From contig JAGVJP010000032.1 of NCBI GenBank assembly GCA_020051075.1, forward strand, positions 1-46,819: 46,819 bases of DNA, written 5' to 3'. Origin of the DNA: Parachlamydiales bacterium (lineage in GTDB: Bacteria; Chlamydiota; Chlamydiia; Chlamydiales; Parachlamydiaceae). Below the pieces are notes generated by a model. That model searched no databases and was not told the DNA's origin. It saw nothing but the letters and a program-made list of their open reading frames with translations. This document shows positions 37,429-46,819 of this stretch, in pieces. The position numbers and the translations under genes are program-made. Every line of letters begins with the position of its first letter. Within the stretch, counting starts at the first letter, position 1.

Positions 37429-37757
37429 CTACTAGAGGAGCTGTAAGAGGATGAACAGCTATGAGAGCAATAGCATGGGGAGCTGTAAGATGAAGAATAC
37501 GAAGAAGAGCTATTGGAGCTCGAATAGTGGGAAGAGGATGAGCAGTCATGCGAATTTTGCACAGCAATGGCGATAACACCGGCGATGGCTACAGTTCCTA
37601 GAGCGATGGCAGGAGCTAGGTTTGTGACTGCGCGTGCTTCGTCATAGGCATAACCGCCTGTATCAGTCACATAAGTCACCCCTTCTAACCGAGACAGTGA
37701 GAAGCTGACAAGGGAAAAAGCAAGTGTGAAGATGGCTAATTTTTTGAATAGAGACAT
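37425..37757 (-). CDS. Signal-peptide + TM protein with Ser/Tyr/Cys/His tail (family member 3)
   Basis: Signal ending LEG; YAYDEARAVTNLAPAIALGTVAIAGVIAIAV; SSSSHYSSSNSSSSYSSSYSSPCYCSHSC tail; GGAGG RBS. Confidence 0.78.
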   Translation of the reverse strand: MSLFKKLAIFTLAFSLVSFSLSRLEGVTYVTDTGGYAYDEARAVTNLAPAIALGTVAIAGVIAIAVQNSHDCSSSSHYSSSNSSSSYSSSYSSPCYCSHSCSSSYSSSSR

Positions 37758-37769
37758 AGAATAATCCTC

Positions 37770-38711
37770 CTAGGGGGTGGTCGTGTCATGAATTTTGGTT
37801 ATACAGGCATCAGTTAATAAACTATCTTCGATTTTTTGTACAAAGAGTTCTTTCCATGAAGCCGCTTCATTTTTATAGTCTTCGTTGATCATGTTTAAAA
37901 AGGGGATCCAAACGGCGTTTTGGAAATGATCGCTGTGAAAAAGTTTTTTTCTAAGGTCAGAGGTTGATGGTTGTGGATTTTCTATACCGGCAATTTCAGC
38001 TAAATGCCGGTATAAAAGAGCATTCCATTTTTCAGTAAGCTGGTTCACAGCTGCCCGTAGCTTCTCTTTTTGCTTAGGGTCGGTGATAGCCTCGTTGGGG
38101 TCTTTGACAATTCTCAAAGAGCGGAGAGAAGAGAAGAAGGCATTATAAAAGAGGGGGAATTCGCTTTTTAAGGATGAGGCTGACAAGATGTAGACATGCC
38201 CATTTCTTACTAAAATGACATGCATCATTCTCATGTCGCCCCATTTGGAGGGAAAGTCCACTTGGGATAGACTCCCCGTTCCTGCTTTTGTTCGGATTGT
38301 TCCCAGATCTTTCCAAGGGTGGCCTTTGGCTTCGTTCATTTTTTTGATCGTTTTCAGGTACTGCTTAAGGGTCCCTTGATAAGGTTCTGTTGCGAGGTTG
38401 ATCGAAGGGGGCAAAATGGAGTGGGGTTTTCCCACAACCATCACTCTGACGCTCGGGGGGAGCATGCTAACGTCGGCCATGACCCATCCCTCTGGAGGAG
38501 TAAAAGTGATGAACTCATCTTGGTTTTGTCTCGGTTGTTTTTTTTCTTGATGAGTAGAGGCAGAGCGGCTGGTGGACGTTTCAATACGTATAGGCTTGTT
38601 AACAGGTTCGATGCCTTGGGCAGCTAGAGATTTTTCTGCAGCGCAACCAATCGCAAGCTGACCTAATAGCAACGTTGTAAGTAAGAAAATGGGGGAAGAA
38701 AAACTCATCAA
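37770..38711 (-). CDS. Secreted/lipoprotein conserved chlamydial hypothetical (CT311-like)
   Basis: Signal peptide, FTPPEGW, PSINLATE..TLKQYL; divergent from the V-ATPase operon as in Chlamydia. Confidence 0.7.
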   Translation of the reverse strand: MMSFSSPIFLLTTLLLGQLAIGCAAEKSLAAQGIEPVNKPIRIETSTSRSASTHQEKKQPRQNQDEFITFTPPEGWVMADVSMLPPSVRVMVVGKPHSILPPSINLATEPYQGTLKQYLKTIKKMNEAKGHPWKDLGTIRTKAGTGSLSQVDFPSKWGDMRMMHVILVRNGHVYILSASSLKSEFPLFYNAFFSSLRSLRIVKDPNEAITDPKQKEKLRAAVNQLTEKWNALLYRHLAEIAGIENPQPSTSDLRKKLFHSDHFQNAVWIPFLNMINEDYKNEAASWKELFVQKIEDSLLTDACITKIHDTTTP

Positions 38712-38785
38712 TCAACTCCTCTCAACTTGATGCAGGTATCAATATAACCACATCACCTGAAAGAAGAAAAGAAGTTTTTTTTCGA

Positions 38786-38814
38786 TTGAAAATTACTGTA
38801 CTCCTCTGTATAGT
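38786..38814 (+). promoter_or_regulatory. Promoter of the V-type ATPase operon
   Basis: TTGAAA-N17-TATAGT. Confidence 0.55.
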
Positions 38815-38851
38815 CTGGATGAATGACCCGTTTAAAGGGGGAGAGAGGTAT

Positions 38852-39475
38852 ATGAAGTCATTGGAGAGCGGTAAAGACAGAATTCAGAGCATCTGCGATA
38901 AATTGCGGAAAAAAACGATAGAGCCTGCAAAAGAAGAGGCTCAAAAACTCTTAATTGAAGCAAAAAAGCATGCTGAGTCGATAAAAGCGGAGGCTGAACA
39001 TCATGCTGTAGAGTTAATTAAGCAGGCTCGTGGACAGATTGAGCAAGAGAGGAGTGTCTTTCATTCAGCCTTGCAGCAGGCTTCCAAACAAACTTTAGAA
39101 GGGTTAAGACAAGAGATTGAAAATAAACTGTTCAACGAAGAGCTTCAACAGGTTCTTGATACGCATATGGCCGATTCGAAGGTCGTTGCAGGGCTTATCA
39201 ATGCCATTGTCAATGCGATCGAAAAAGAAGGGTTGTCAACAGATATTGCAGCTGTCATTCCTAAGACTGTTTCTCCTGATGATGTCGTTGATCTTATCCT
39301 TGAGAGCGTCCAGAAGCGTCTACAAAATAAACCCTTGGAAATAGGTCATTTTGCAGGTGGAGTGCAATTGCGCTTAATTGGGAAGAAAATGACGTTGGAT
39401 TTGAGCGATCAAGCGCTTAAAGAGCTCCTGGCAAATTATGTGCGTAAAGATTTTAGAAAAATAATCTTCAGTTAA
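38852..39475 (+). CDS. atpE: V-type ATP synthase subunit E
   Basis: MKSLESGKDRIQSICDKLRKKTIEPAK..FAGG..RKDFR; GAGAGG RBS before ATG 38852. Confidence 0.88.
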   Translation: MKSLESGKDRIQSICDKLRKKTIEPAKEEAQKLLIEAKKHAESIKAEAEHHAVELIKQARGQIEQERSVFHSALQQASKQTLEGLRQEIENKLFNEELQQVLDTHMADSKVVAGLINAIVNAIEKEGLSTDIAAVIPKTVSPDDVVDLILESVQKRLQNKPLEIGHFAGGVQLRLIGKKMTLDLSDQALKELLANYVRKDFRKIIFS

Positions 39476-39529
39476 ACCAATGACTTGCCAAAATTAGACA
39501 TTAAATGCCGGCATAACCCAAGAGGTGGA

Positions 39530-40309
39530 ATGAAGCATTATTACTTTATTGGGACGATGATCCCGCTTTTAACATTCGATGCTCAACCTGAAATCACGTT
39601 TGAAGAATATCAAACCCTACTTTCTGATAATTTGAGTGAAAAAGATTTCGATAAAGTCGTTGCTGTTCGGAAGTTTTTTGATATTCTAAATTTACGGTCG
39701 CTTTGGATGGGACAGCCGTTTGATCCAAGAGGAACGATGGCTCCGCTTGATATGGGGGAAGCGTTAATGAGCGGGACAGGTTTTCCAGCCTATGTCTTTG
39801 AATTTATTGACGCACACGAGAAATCAGCTGATCGATTGCGTCATTTTCCCCAGCTGCTTTCTAAATTTTTTAAGAGCGGGGAGATCAATAAAGATCCGTT
39901 TTTGCGGAGGTATTTCAACTTTGAACGGGAACTGAGGTTAGTCCTGACTGCATTTCGAGCAAAGAAACTGGGACGCGACTTAAATGTGGAAATGCAATAT
40001 GAAGATCCTGAAGAAGATCTTATCGCTCAAATACTCGCTCAAGAAAACGCAGAAATTTATGAACCACCGGAGAAATATCAAGAATTAAAATGGGTATTCA
40101 ATAAATATGGCGATGACCCCTTGCAGCTCCAAAAAGCTCTTGATGAGTATCGTTTTAACACAATAGAAAATATGGTCGATATGTCAGATACCTTTTCAAT
40201 CGAACGACTGCTCGCCTATTTGATGCAGCTAATTCTTGTAGAAGAGTGGTTTGAGTTTGACGCAGGTAAAGGTAAAGAGATCGTCGATATCATCGCGAAG
40301 GAAAAGTGA
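39530..40309 (+). CDS. DUF2764 family protein (V-ATPase subunit C-like, CT309-like)
   Basis: YYFIGT.IP.L, FLRRYFNFERELRLVL, FSIERLLAY; lies between atpE and atpA. Confidence 0.8.
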   Translation: MKHYYFIGTMIPLLTFDAQPEITFEEYQTLLSDNLSEKDFDKVVAVRKFFDILNLRSLWMGQPFDPRGTMAPLDMGEALMSGTGFPAYVFEFIDAHEKSADRLRHFPQLLSKFFKSGEINKDPFLRRYFNFERELRLVLTAFRAKKLGRDLNVEMQYEDPEEDLIAQILAQENAEIYEPPEKYQELKWVFNKYGDDPLQLQKALDEYRFNTIENMVDMSDTFSIERLLAYLMQLILVEEWFEFDAGKGKEIVDIIAKEK

Positions 40310-42093
40310 TTATGGAACAAATGACCGCCCCTAGAGAACATGTGCAAGCAAAAGGTTTTGTTGTCAAAGCCTTTGGCAATCTACTACAAGTAAGATTTGA
40401 AGGGAATATCCGCCAAGGCGAGGTGGCGATGGTTCATTCAAAAGGAATTCAGCTGAAAGCCGAAGTGATTGAGATTGCCGGCAATGAGGTTAAAATTCAG
40501 GTTTTCGAAGACACAAAAGGGATACAATTAGATGATGAGGTGTTCTTCACTGGCGATCTCCTTGAGGCTGAACTTGGTCCAGGGCTGCTATCTTCCATTT
40601 TTGATGGCTTGCAGAATCCTCTTGTCAATTTAGCCGATGTATCAGGCTACTTCCTTCCCCGAGGCCTCTATCTCTCTTCTCTCGATCGAAACCGTCATTG
40701 GGATTTTGAGTCTATTGCAAAAGAAGGGGATGTCTTGATCCGAGGGGATGCCATCGGTAAAACGTTGGAAGGTCGTTTTCAACACAAAATTATGATCCCA
40801 TTCTCGAAATATGGGACCTATACGATCACTTGGGTCATCCAGGAGGGGTCTTATACGATTGATACGGTGATTGCGAAAGCTGTTGATGAGGCTGGTGATG
40901 AACATCAATTCACCATGATGCAAAAATGGCCTGTCAAAAATGCGATGATCCAAGGGGAAAAAATCAAGCCGACGAAAATGATGGACACTGGAGAACGGAT
41001 TATCGATACCCAGTTTCCTCTTATGAAAGGCGGGTCTTTCTGTACTCCCGGCCCTTTTGGAGCTGGTAAAACAGTTCTCCAGCATCACCTTTCTAAATAT
41101 GCTTCTGTTGATATCGTCGTTTTTGTTGCTTGCGGCGAACGGGCAGGCGAAGTTGTTGAAGTGCTTAGGGAATTTCCACACTTGATCGACCCTCATACAG
41201 GAGAGTCTCTCCTTAAGAGGACTGTCATCATCTGCAATACCTCTTCCATGCCTGTGGCTGCGCGCGAATCTTCCATTTATATGGGGATCACCATCGCTGA
41301 ATACTATCGTCAGATGGGACTTGATGTCCTTGTATTAGCTGATTCGACGTCCCGGTGGGCTCAGGCTTTACGCGAGATGTCCGGCCGGCTTGAAGAGATT
41401 CCCGGTGAGGAAGCTTTCCCTGCTTATCTCTCTTCTCGCATCGCAGAATTCTATGAAAGGTCTGGAGTGGTGTCATTGCGTCATGGCAAAGCCGGTTCTA
41501 TCACGATAGGAGGCGCCGTCTCGCCTGCTGGAGGAAACTTCGAAGAACCTGTCACACAAGCGACACTATCTGTTGTCGGGGCTTTCCTCGGCTTGTCGCG
41601 CGCGCGCTCAGACTCGAGGCGTTATCCAGCCATCGACCCGTTGATGTCTTGGTCAAAATATGTTGACGCCGTTGCAGAAGAGTTAGATCATCACGTGGAT
41701 GGTTGGGGGGAAATGGTTAAAAAAGCGCGGCGCATTCTTATTGAAGGGAATGACATTGGAAAACGGATGGAAGTTGTTGGAGAAGAGGGGATATCGCTCG
41801 ACGACATGATCACTTACCTCAAAGCTGAGCTCTACGATTTCAGCTATCTCCAGCAGAATGCTTTTGATAAAGAAGATGCTTACTGCCCGTTGAAGAGGCA
41901 GATGCCTTTATTCGCATTCATTAACCGCATTTTTGATACCAAATTCGATTTTACAACTCATGATCAAGCCCGGCAGTTTTTCTTAGAGTTGCAAAATCAG
42001 ATTAAAAACATGAATTGCATGCCTTACCAATCTGAAGCGTATAAGAAAGCCTTCGCAATCAATGAAGAGATGGTATCGAATGCAAAAAAATAG
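40306..42093 (+). CDS. atpA: V-type ATP synthase subunit A
   Basis: PGPFGAGKT, ACGERAGE, NTSSMPVAARE, DSTSRWAQALRE. Confidence 0.96.
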   Translation: MIMEQMTAPREHVQAKGFVVKAFGNLLQVRFEGNIRQGEVAMVHSKGIQLKAEVIEIAGNEVKIQVFEDTKGIQLDDEVFFTGDLLEAELGPGLLSSIFDGLQNPLVNLADVSGYFLPRGLYLSSLDRNRHWDFESIAKEGDVLIRGDAIGKTLEGRFQHKIMIPFSKYGTYTITWVIQEGSYTIDTVIAKAVDEAGDEHQFTMMQKWPVKNAMIQGEKIKPTKMMDTGERIIDTQFPLMKGGSFCTPGPFGAGKTVLQHHLSKYASVDIVVFVACGERAGEVVEVLREFPHLIDPHTGESLLKRTVIICNTSSMPVAARESSIYMGITIAEYYRQMGLDVLVLADSTSRWAQALREMSGRLEEIPGEEAFPAYLSSRIAEFYERSGVVSLRHGKAGSITIGGAVSPAGGNFEEPVTQATLSVVGAFLGLSRARSDSRRYPAIDPLMSWSKYVDAVAEELDHHVDGWGEMVKKARRILIEGNDIGKRMEVVGEEGISLDDMITYLKAELYDFSYLQQNAFDKEDAYCPLKRQMPLFAFINRIFDTKFDFTTHDQARQFFLELQNQIKNMNCMPYQSEAYKKAFAINEEMVSNAKK

Positions 42094-42097
42094 TCAT

Positions 42098-42252
42098 CGT
42101 TCACGAGGATCTATGCCTTCCAAAATGGTGTTTGAATGGATGAAATGCGAAGAAATCGGCGAAATTCATAGTTTTTTTACTATTAATGACCCGATTTCTG
42201 AAGCAGATCGCGATTCAAACCTATTTGGGAAGTGCCTACACCCCCGTGAACG
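42098..42252. repeat. Palindromic intergenic element inside the V-ATPase operon
   Basis: CGTTCACGAGG...CCCCGTGAACG ends; inner arms GCCTTCCAAAATGGTGTTTGAAT / ATTCAAACCTATTTGGGAAGTGC; AGAAATCGG / CCGATTTCT. Confidence 0.65.
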
Positions 42253-42284
42253 GTTACAATAACGATAGACGAGGCCACGAGAAG

Positions 42285-43598
42285 ATGAAAATAGTTTATG
42301 ATCGCATTAATAGCATGCGCGGGAACTTGATTACCGTTACCGCTGAAGGGGTGAGCCTTGGCGAGCTGGCTCAAATCCGTCTTAAAGATGGACGGGTCGT
42401 CTTAGCTTCCGTATTGCGGATCGATGGAGACCAAGTGACATTGCAGGTGTTCCAAACGACCCGCGGGATCTCAACAGGCGATCAAGTCACTTTCCTGAAG
42501 AAACAGATGCAGGCAGTCTATGGTGATGCTTTGCTGGGACGACGCCTCAGCGGTGCTGGAAAACCGATCGATAATGGTCCTGAGATTATCGGAGAATCCA
42601 TCAACATTGGCAGCACCTCTTTTAACCCTGTTAAAAGGATTATTCCACGCGAAATGGTTCGGACGAATATTCCTATGATTGATGTATTCAATTGCTTAGT
42701 TAAATCTCAAAAAATTCCGATATTTTCTGTTGCTGGGGAACCATATAATGCCCTCCTCATGCGCATTGCTAATCAAACAAATGCCGATATCGTCATCATT
42801 GGAGGGATGGGGTTAACCTTTAAAGAGTATCAAGCCTTCATTGATAACGCAGATTCAGCGGGGACGATGCATAAGACGATCATGTATGTTCACCGCGCGA
42901 TCGACCCTGCTGTGGAATGTCTTTTAGTTCCTGATATGGCGTTAGCCTGTGCAGAACGTTTTGCAACGGACGGGAAACATGTTTTGGTGTTGCTCACTGA
43001 TATGACTGCTTTTGCCGATGCCATTAAAGAAATCGCGATCACGATGGACCAAGTCCCCTCCAATAGAGGGTATCCTGGCTCTCTATATTCTGATTTGGCT
43101 GCCCGTTATGAAAAAGCCGTTTTGATTGAGGGAAGCGGGTCCATCACCATTATTGGTGTGACGACAATGCCGGGCGATGACGTCACTCATCCTGTTCCGG
43201 ACAATACTGGATATATCACAGAAGGGCAATTTTATTTGCATGGAGGGAGAATCGATCCTTTCGGCTCGTTATCTCGATTAAAGCAGCTTGTGATTGGAAA
43301 AATCACTCGTGAAGACCATGGAGATATTGCTAATGCCATGATCCGCCTTTATGCTGAGTCGAAAAAAGCGCGCGAGCGGCAATCGATGGGTTTTAAACTG
43401 TCTCGTTGGGATGAGAAGTTGTTGGCTTATTCAGAGTTGTTTGAACAACGGATGATGAACCTCGAGGTCAACTACACCCTCGAGGAGGCTCTGGATTTGG
43501 GATGGGAAACATTAGCTGAATGCTTTCAGCCTAATGAAGTAGGGATCAAGCAATCGCTGGTCGGCAAATATTGGCCTGCACCAGTTGCAGCGCTTTAA
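42285..43598 (+). CDS. atpB: V-type ATP synthase subunit B
   Basis: [44 protein letters not shown]; start at MKIVYDRI. Confidence 0.96.
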   Translation: MKIVYDRINSMRGNLITVTAEGVSLGELAQIRLKDGRVVLASVLRIDGDQVTLQVFQTTRGISTGDQVTFLKKQMQAVYGDALLGRRLSGAGKPIDNGPEIIGESINIGSTSFNPVKRIIPREMVRTNIPMIDVFNCLVKSQKIPIFSVAGEPYNALLMRIANQTNADIVIIGGMGLTFKEYQAFIDNADSAGTMHKTIMYVHRAIDPAVECLLVPDMALACAERFATDGKHVLVLLTDMTAFADAIKEIAITMDQVPSNRGYPGSLYSDLAARYEKAVLIEGSGSITIIGVTTMPGDDVTHPVPDNTGYITEGQFYLHGGRIDPFGSLSRLKQLVIGKITREDHGDIANAMIRLYAESKKARERQSMGFKLSRWDEKLLAYSELFEQRMMNLEVNYTLEEALDLGWETLAECFQPNEVGIKQSLVGKYWPAPVAAL

Positions 43599-43643
43599 TA
43601 GATGATACTAACCCAAAACTCAGTTACAAATTAGGGTGGAATT

Positions 43644-44294
43644 GTGGCAGAGATCAAGCTGACGAAAAATGAATTGCGCAACCAGCAGACCCGTCTGGCT
43701 CAACTGGAGAAGTATCTTCCGACCCTGCAGCTTAAAAAAGCCATGCTTCAAGCTGAAGTCCATGAAGTACGTCAAGAGATTAGCCGATTAGAGCAGATAA
43801 CGAAGGCATTAAGAGAGAAAATCGACCTTTTCAGCGGCCTATTGGCTACAAAGACGACCATTGACCCATTGCAAGCAGTTCAGATCAAGGAAGTCTCTAA
43901 GAGATATGAGAATATCGCAGGAGTTGAGGTCCCTTATTACGAAGGGATCGCCTTTGATGATTTTGAGTACAACTTGTTTGAAACTGCCCCTTGGGTTGAT
44001 GTTGCAATAGCAGAGCTGCGAAATTTAGCGGAGATGCGAGAACGGGTCGTGATCGCCTATGAGCAGCGTGCGGCCCTTGACAAAGAGTTGCGAGAGGTGT
44101 CAATTCGGGTGAATCTATTTGAGAAAATTCTCATTCCAGGCGCTGTGGAGAACATCAGAACGATTAAAGTGTTTTTAGGAGATCAGCAGCTTGCTGCTGT
44201 TTCTCGAGCTAAAGTTGCTAAGACAAAGATAGAGGCAGGAAAAGAGGCTGCTCGACGAAGCCGTCAGTCGTCCACGGAGGCTGTCAATGCGTGA
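43644..44294 (+). CDS. atpD: V-type ATP synthase subunit D
   Basis: KLTKNEL, YLPTLQLKK, RVNLFEKILIP. Confidence 0.94.
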   Translation: MAEIKLTKNELRNQQTRLAQLEKYLPTLQLKKAMLQAEVHEVRQEISRLEQITKALREKIDLFSGLLATKTTIDPLQAVQIKEVSKRYENIAGVEVPYYEGIAFDDFEYNLFETAPWVDVAIAELRNLAEMRERVVIAYEQRAALDKELREVSIRVNLFEKILIPGAVENIRTIKVFLGDQQLAAVSRAKVAKTKIEAGKEAARRSRQSSTEAVNA

Positions 44295-46203
44295 AGATCT
44301 TGGAAAATTTCTATTTGTTGGGCTGGAAAAAGATAAACAGCAGTTCTTTAAAAGTGCCCAAGAGCAGGGGATTATCCATTTTATCAACCCCTCTCTGACG
44401 TCGAATAAAGATCTTCCTCAAGATGTTCAGCAGGTTGTTTCTGCGATTAAAGTGCTGCGGGGGCTGCCGCCTCAGGAGCAAGAAGAAAACTACAGCATGT
44501 TAGATGCAGCGTCGATTGTAAGGGATATTTTACACCTGCATGAAAGAAATGAGCAGCTGCAAGAAGATATCCGTGTGTTGACCATTGAAATTTCCCGCAT
44601 TGATGTCTACGGCAATTTTTCCTTTGAGGATATCGCTTACATTGAGAAAGAAGGGCAGTGCAAGATTCAATTTTTTGTTTCCCGTCCTAATCTCTATGAT
44701 GGAGAAGAGATTCCTGATGGGTTAATCTTCATCGTCAATGAACATGAGCTCGATTATTACATGGCAGTGAATGATGATTCTGTTGCCTACGAGAAGATGA
44801 TTGAATTGAAGTTCGACAACTCATTGAGCCAGCTGAAGCAGAAATTTGCTATGGCTGAGAAAGAGCATCATCAGATTGATCATGAGCTGAAAGGCTACGC
44901 CAAGTATAATGAATACCTCCATCACATCCTCATCGATAGACTCAATCATTATCATTTGTTTAATACTCAAACATATGTCCAAGAGGTTGTCGATGGTTCC
45001 CTATTTGCAATTGAAGGTTGGGTGCCTCAAAATCGAGAGTCTCTTATAGGAAACATTGTCGATAAGTTAGATGTTTACTGGGAAGAGGTTGCCATTGAAC
45101 CTGATGATGTGGTGCCCACCTGCCTGGAAAACGAGGGGCAGGGTCGGTTAGGGGAAGACCTCGTCAATATCTATGATACACCTTCTTCGACTGATAAAGA
45201 CCCTTCTCGCTGGGTTCTCTATGCTTTTACCCTTTTCTTTGCATTCATTATCGGCGATGCCGGTTATGGATTGGTGTTTTTGCTGTTAGCGTTATTTCTG
45301 CGATATAAATACCCTAACGTCAAAAAAGTGGGCAAGCGGGTATTGAATCTATTTACCCTGCTGAGTGTCGGCTGCATCGTATGGGGAACGTTGATGACGT
45401 CGTTCTTCGGAATGCAAATCGATTTGCACAACCCGCTGCGGAAGGTCTCACTGCTCCAATGGCTTGCCGTCAAGAAAGCAGAATATTTGCTGACGACAAA
45501 TGATGAGTCGGTTCAAGATTGGGTGAAAAAATATCCAGAATTATCCATTGTCAAAGATCCTCATCAATTTGTCAGCTTCAACCCTGGAACTAAATCAGGA
45601 AAGGATTATGTCATCCTTGACCGCCTCACCGACAACATCATGTTTGAACTCGCCCTTTTTGTCGGCGTCGTCCACCTGATCCTCTCCCTTGCCCGTTATT
45701 CGTTGAGGAATTGGAACAACATTGGTTGGATCATCTTCTTGATCGGTGCCTATCTTTACTTCCCTTTTTACCTCAAGGTCCCAAGCTTCCTCAATTTCGT
45801 TGGCGGGATCGATCTGGCTCAAGGAGGGGCCGTGGGGTTTCAGATGATGTTTATTGGGATTGGCCTCGCTTGGGTGCTTTCAATCATCAAGCATGGATGG
45901 ATAGGCCTATTTGAGGTGGTGACGTTGATTCAAGTGTTTGCCGATACGCTATCTTATCTGCGTCTCTACGCGTTAGGGTTAGCTGGAGCGATCGTTGCTA
46001 ACACGATTAATGAAATCGCAAGCGGTTTGCCCTTGCTTCTTGGGATCCTTCTGATCTTATGCTCCCACTTCGTCAACGTCGTTTTGAGTGTAATGAGCGG
46101 CATTATCCATGGCTTGCGTCTTAACTTCTTGGAATGGTATCACTACTCGTTTGAAGGCGGGGGCAAACAATTTCAACCACTTAGACTATTAAAGAAAGAT
46201 TAA
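44287..46203 (+). CDS. atpI: V-type ATP synthase subunit I
   Basis: FFAFIIGDAGYG, DTLSYLRLYALGLA, IHGLRLNFLEW. Confidence 0.95.
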   Translation: MREDLGKFLFVGLEKDKQQFFKSAQEQGIIHFINPSLTSNKDLPQDVQQVVSAIKVLRGLPPQEQEENYSMLDAASIVRDILHLHERNEQLQEDIRVLTIEISRIDVYGNFSFEDIAYIEKEGQCKIQFFVSRPNLYDGEEIPDGLIFIVNEHELDYYMAVNDDSVAYEKMIELKFDNSLSQLKQKFAMAEKEHHQIDHELKGYAKYNEYLHHILIDRLNHYHLFNTQTYVQEVVDGSLFAIEGWVPQNRESLIGNIVDKLDVYWEEVAIEPDDVVPTCLENEGQGRLGEDLVNIYDTPSSTDKDPSRWVLYAFTLFFAFIIGDAGYGLVFLLLALFLRYKYPNVKKVGKRVLNLFTLLSVGCIVWGTLMTSFFGMQIDLHNPLRKVSLLQWLAVKKAEYLLTTNDESVQDWVKKYPELSIVKDPHQFVSFNPGTKSGKDYVILDRLTDNIMFELALFVGVVHLILSLARYSLRNWNNIGWIIFLIGAYLYFPFYLKVPSFLNFVGGIDLAQGGAVGFQMMFIGIGLAWVLSIIKHGWIGLFEVVTLIQVFADTLSYLRLYALGLAGAIVANTINEIASGLPLLLGILLILCSHFVNVVLSVMSGIIHGLRLNFLEWYHYSFEGGGKQFQPLRLLKKD

Positions 46204-46214
46204 CACAATAGGAG

Positions 46215-46643
46215 ATGATTATGGATTTCAATATGGTGGGTCCAGCTATAGCTTTGGGCCTGAGTTGCATTGGATGCTGTATCGGCTGTTGGATTGCTGG
46301 AGCAGCTTCGCACGCAGCGATGAGCCGGACGGAAGAAGGACATGGTAAATTCATTGGGATGGCTGCTGCCCCCTCTTCGCAGGTGATCTATGGATTTCTT
46401 CTCATGCTGCAAATGAGTAAAGCGATTCAAGCAGGGACGTTGAGCCCAGTCTCGGCAATAGCCATTGGCGTGTTCTCTGGATTGGCTTTTGTCGCTTCAT
46501 CAATCTTCCAGGGAAAAGTTTGTGCGACAGGGATTCAAGCTTCCCTAAAGCAACCGAGCGTCTATGGGAAGTGCTTCGCCGCTATCGGGATTATTGAATC
46601 GTTTGCTCTCTTCGCCTTCGTTTTTGCCTTGCTGATTATGTAG
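46215..46643 (+). CDS. atpK: V-type ATP synthase subunit K (proteolipid)
   Basis: AAPSSQVIYG, QGKVCATG, GIIESFALFAFVF. Confidence 0.94.
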   Translation: MIMDFNMVGPAIALGLSCIGCCIGCWIAGAASHAAMSRTEEGHGKFIGMAAAPSSQVIYGFLLMLQMSKAIQAGTLSPVSAIAIGVFSGLAFVASSIFQGKVCATGIQASLKQPSVYGKCFAAIGIIESFALFAFVFALLIM

Positions 46644-46648
46644 GCTCG

Positions 46649-46819
46649 AGCTTCTATTAAACGCAAAGAAGCAAAGACGCAAGAGGTGAGAATGCGAACA
46701 TCTATGGATGCCGAGTGTTTCTTAGCTTCTATTAAACGCAAAGACGCAAAGGCACGGAGACGCAAAGGAGGACAATTTAACGGAGAGACGGGGAGGCGCA
46801 GAGGGAAAAACAAGATAGG
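46649..46819 (+). repeat. ACGCAAAG short-repeat tract with a 21-bp direct repeat; runs off the window
   Basis: AGCTTCTATTAAACGCAAAGA at 46649 and 46724, followed by GACGCAAAG / GACGGAG variants; the window ends in AAAAACAAGATAGG. Confidence 0.7.

Noticed and set aside
46649..46744. Possible CRISPR (21-bp repeat twice)
   Set aside because: Only two copies, the repeat is embedded in low-complexity ACGCAAAG units, and no cas genes are present

Overview
This looks like chromosomal DNA of an environmental Chlamydiae-like bacterium, inferred from the tal / CT312-like / CT311-like / V-type ATPase (atpE-DUF2764-atpABDIK) order, a stand-alone nqrF and a full nuoA-N complex I. Left end: a decayed ISAs1 remnant fused to the 3' end of a ~1.4-kaa ankyrin + patatin + NB-ARC + TPR (NLR-like) protein, then a truncated and an intact AAA+/DUF4143 ATPase around a LOG gene. 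The nuo cluster (8.2-23.9 kb) is split into three blocks, each preceded by the same TTGACA-N12-GGATG(A/C)TAT(G/T)GAA motif. A DUF6580-like transporter / DUF71 pair (likely B12 salvage), a structured leader and a palindromic element lie between nuoF and nuoG. The 24-32 kb accessory stretch holds six paralogous ~100-120 aa hydrophobic-hairpin (Inc-like) genes, a YafQ-type TA module bracketed by CAGGATAGG repeats, and a nqrF-nadE-DUF2231 operon. At 35.6-37.8 kb are three paralogous secreted/membrane proteins with Ser/Tyr/His/Cys low-complexity tails. Several REP/MITE-like palindromes with shared termini occur between genes. No rRNA, tRNA or CRISPR array was seen. All family assignments come from motif recognition by eye; no searches were run.
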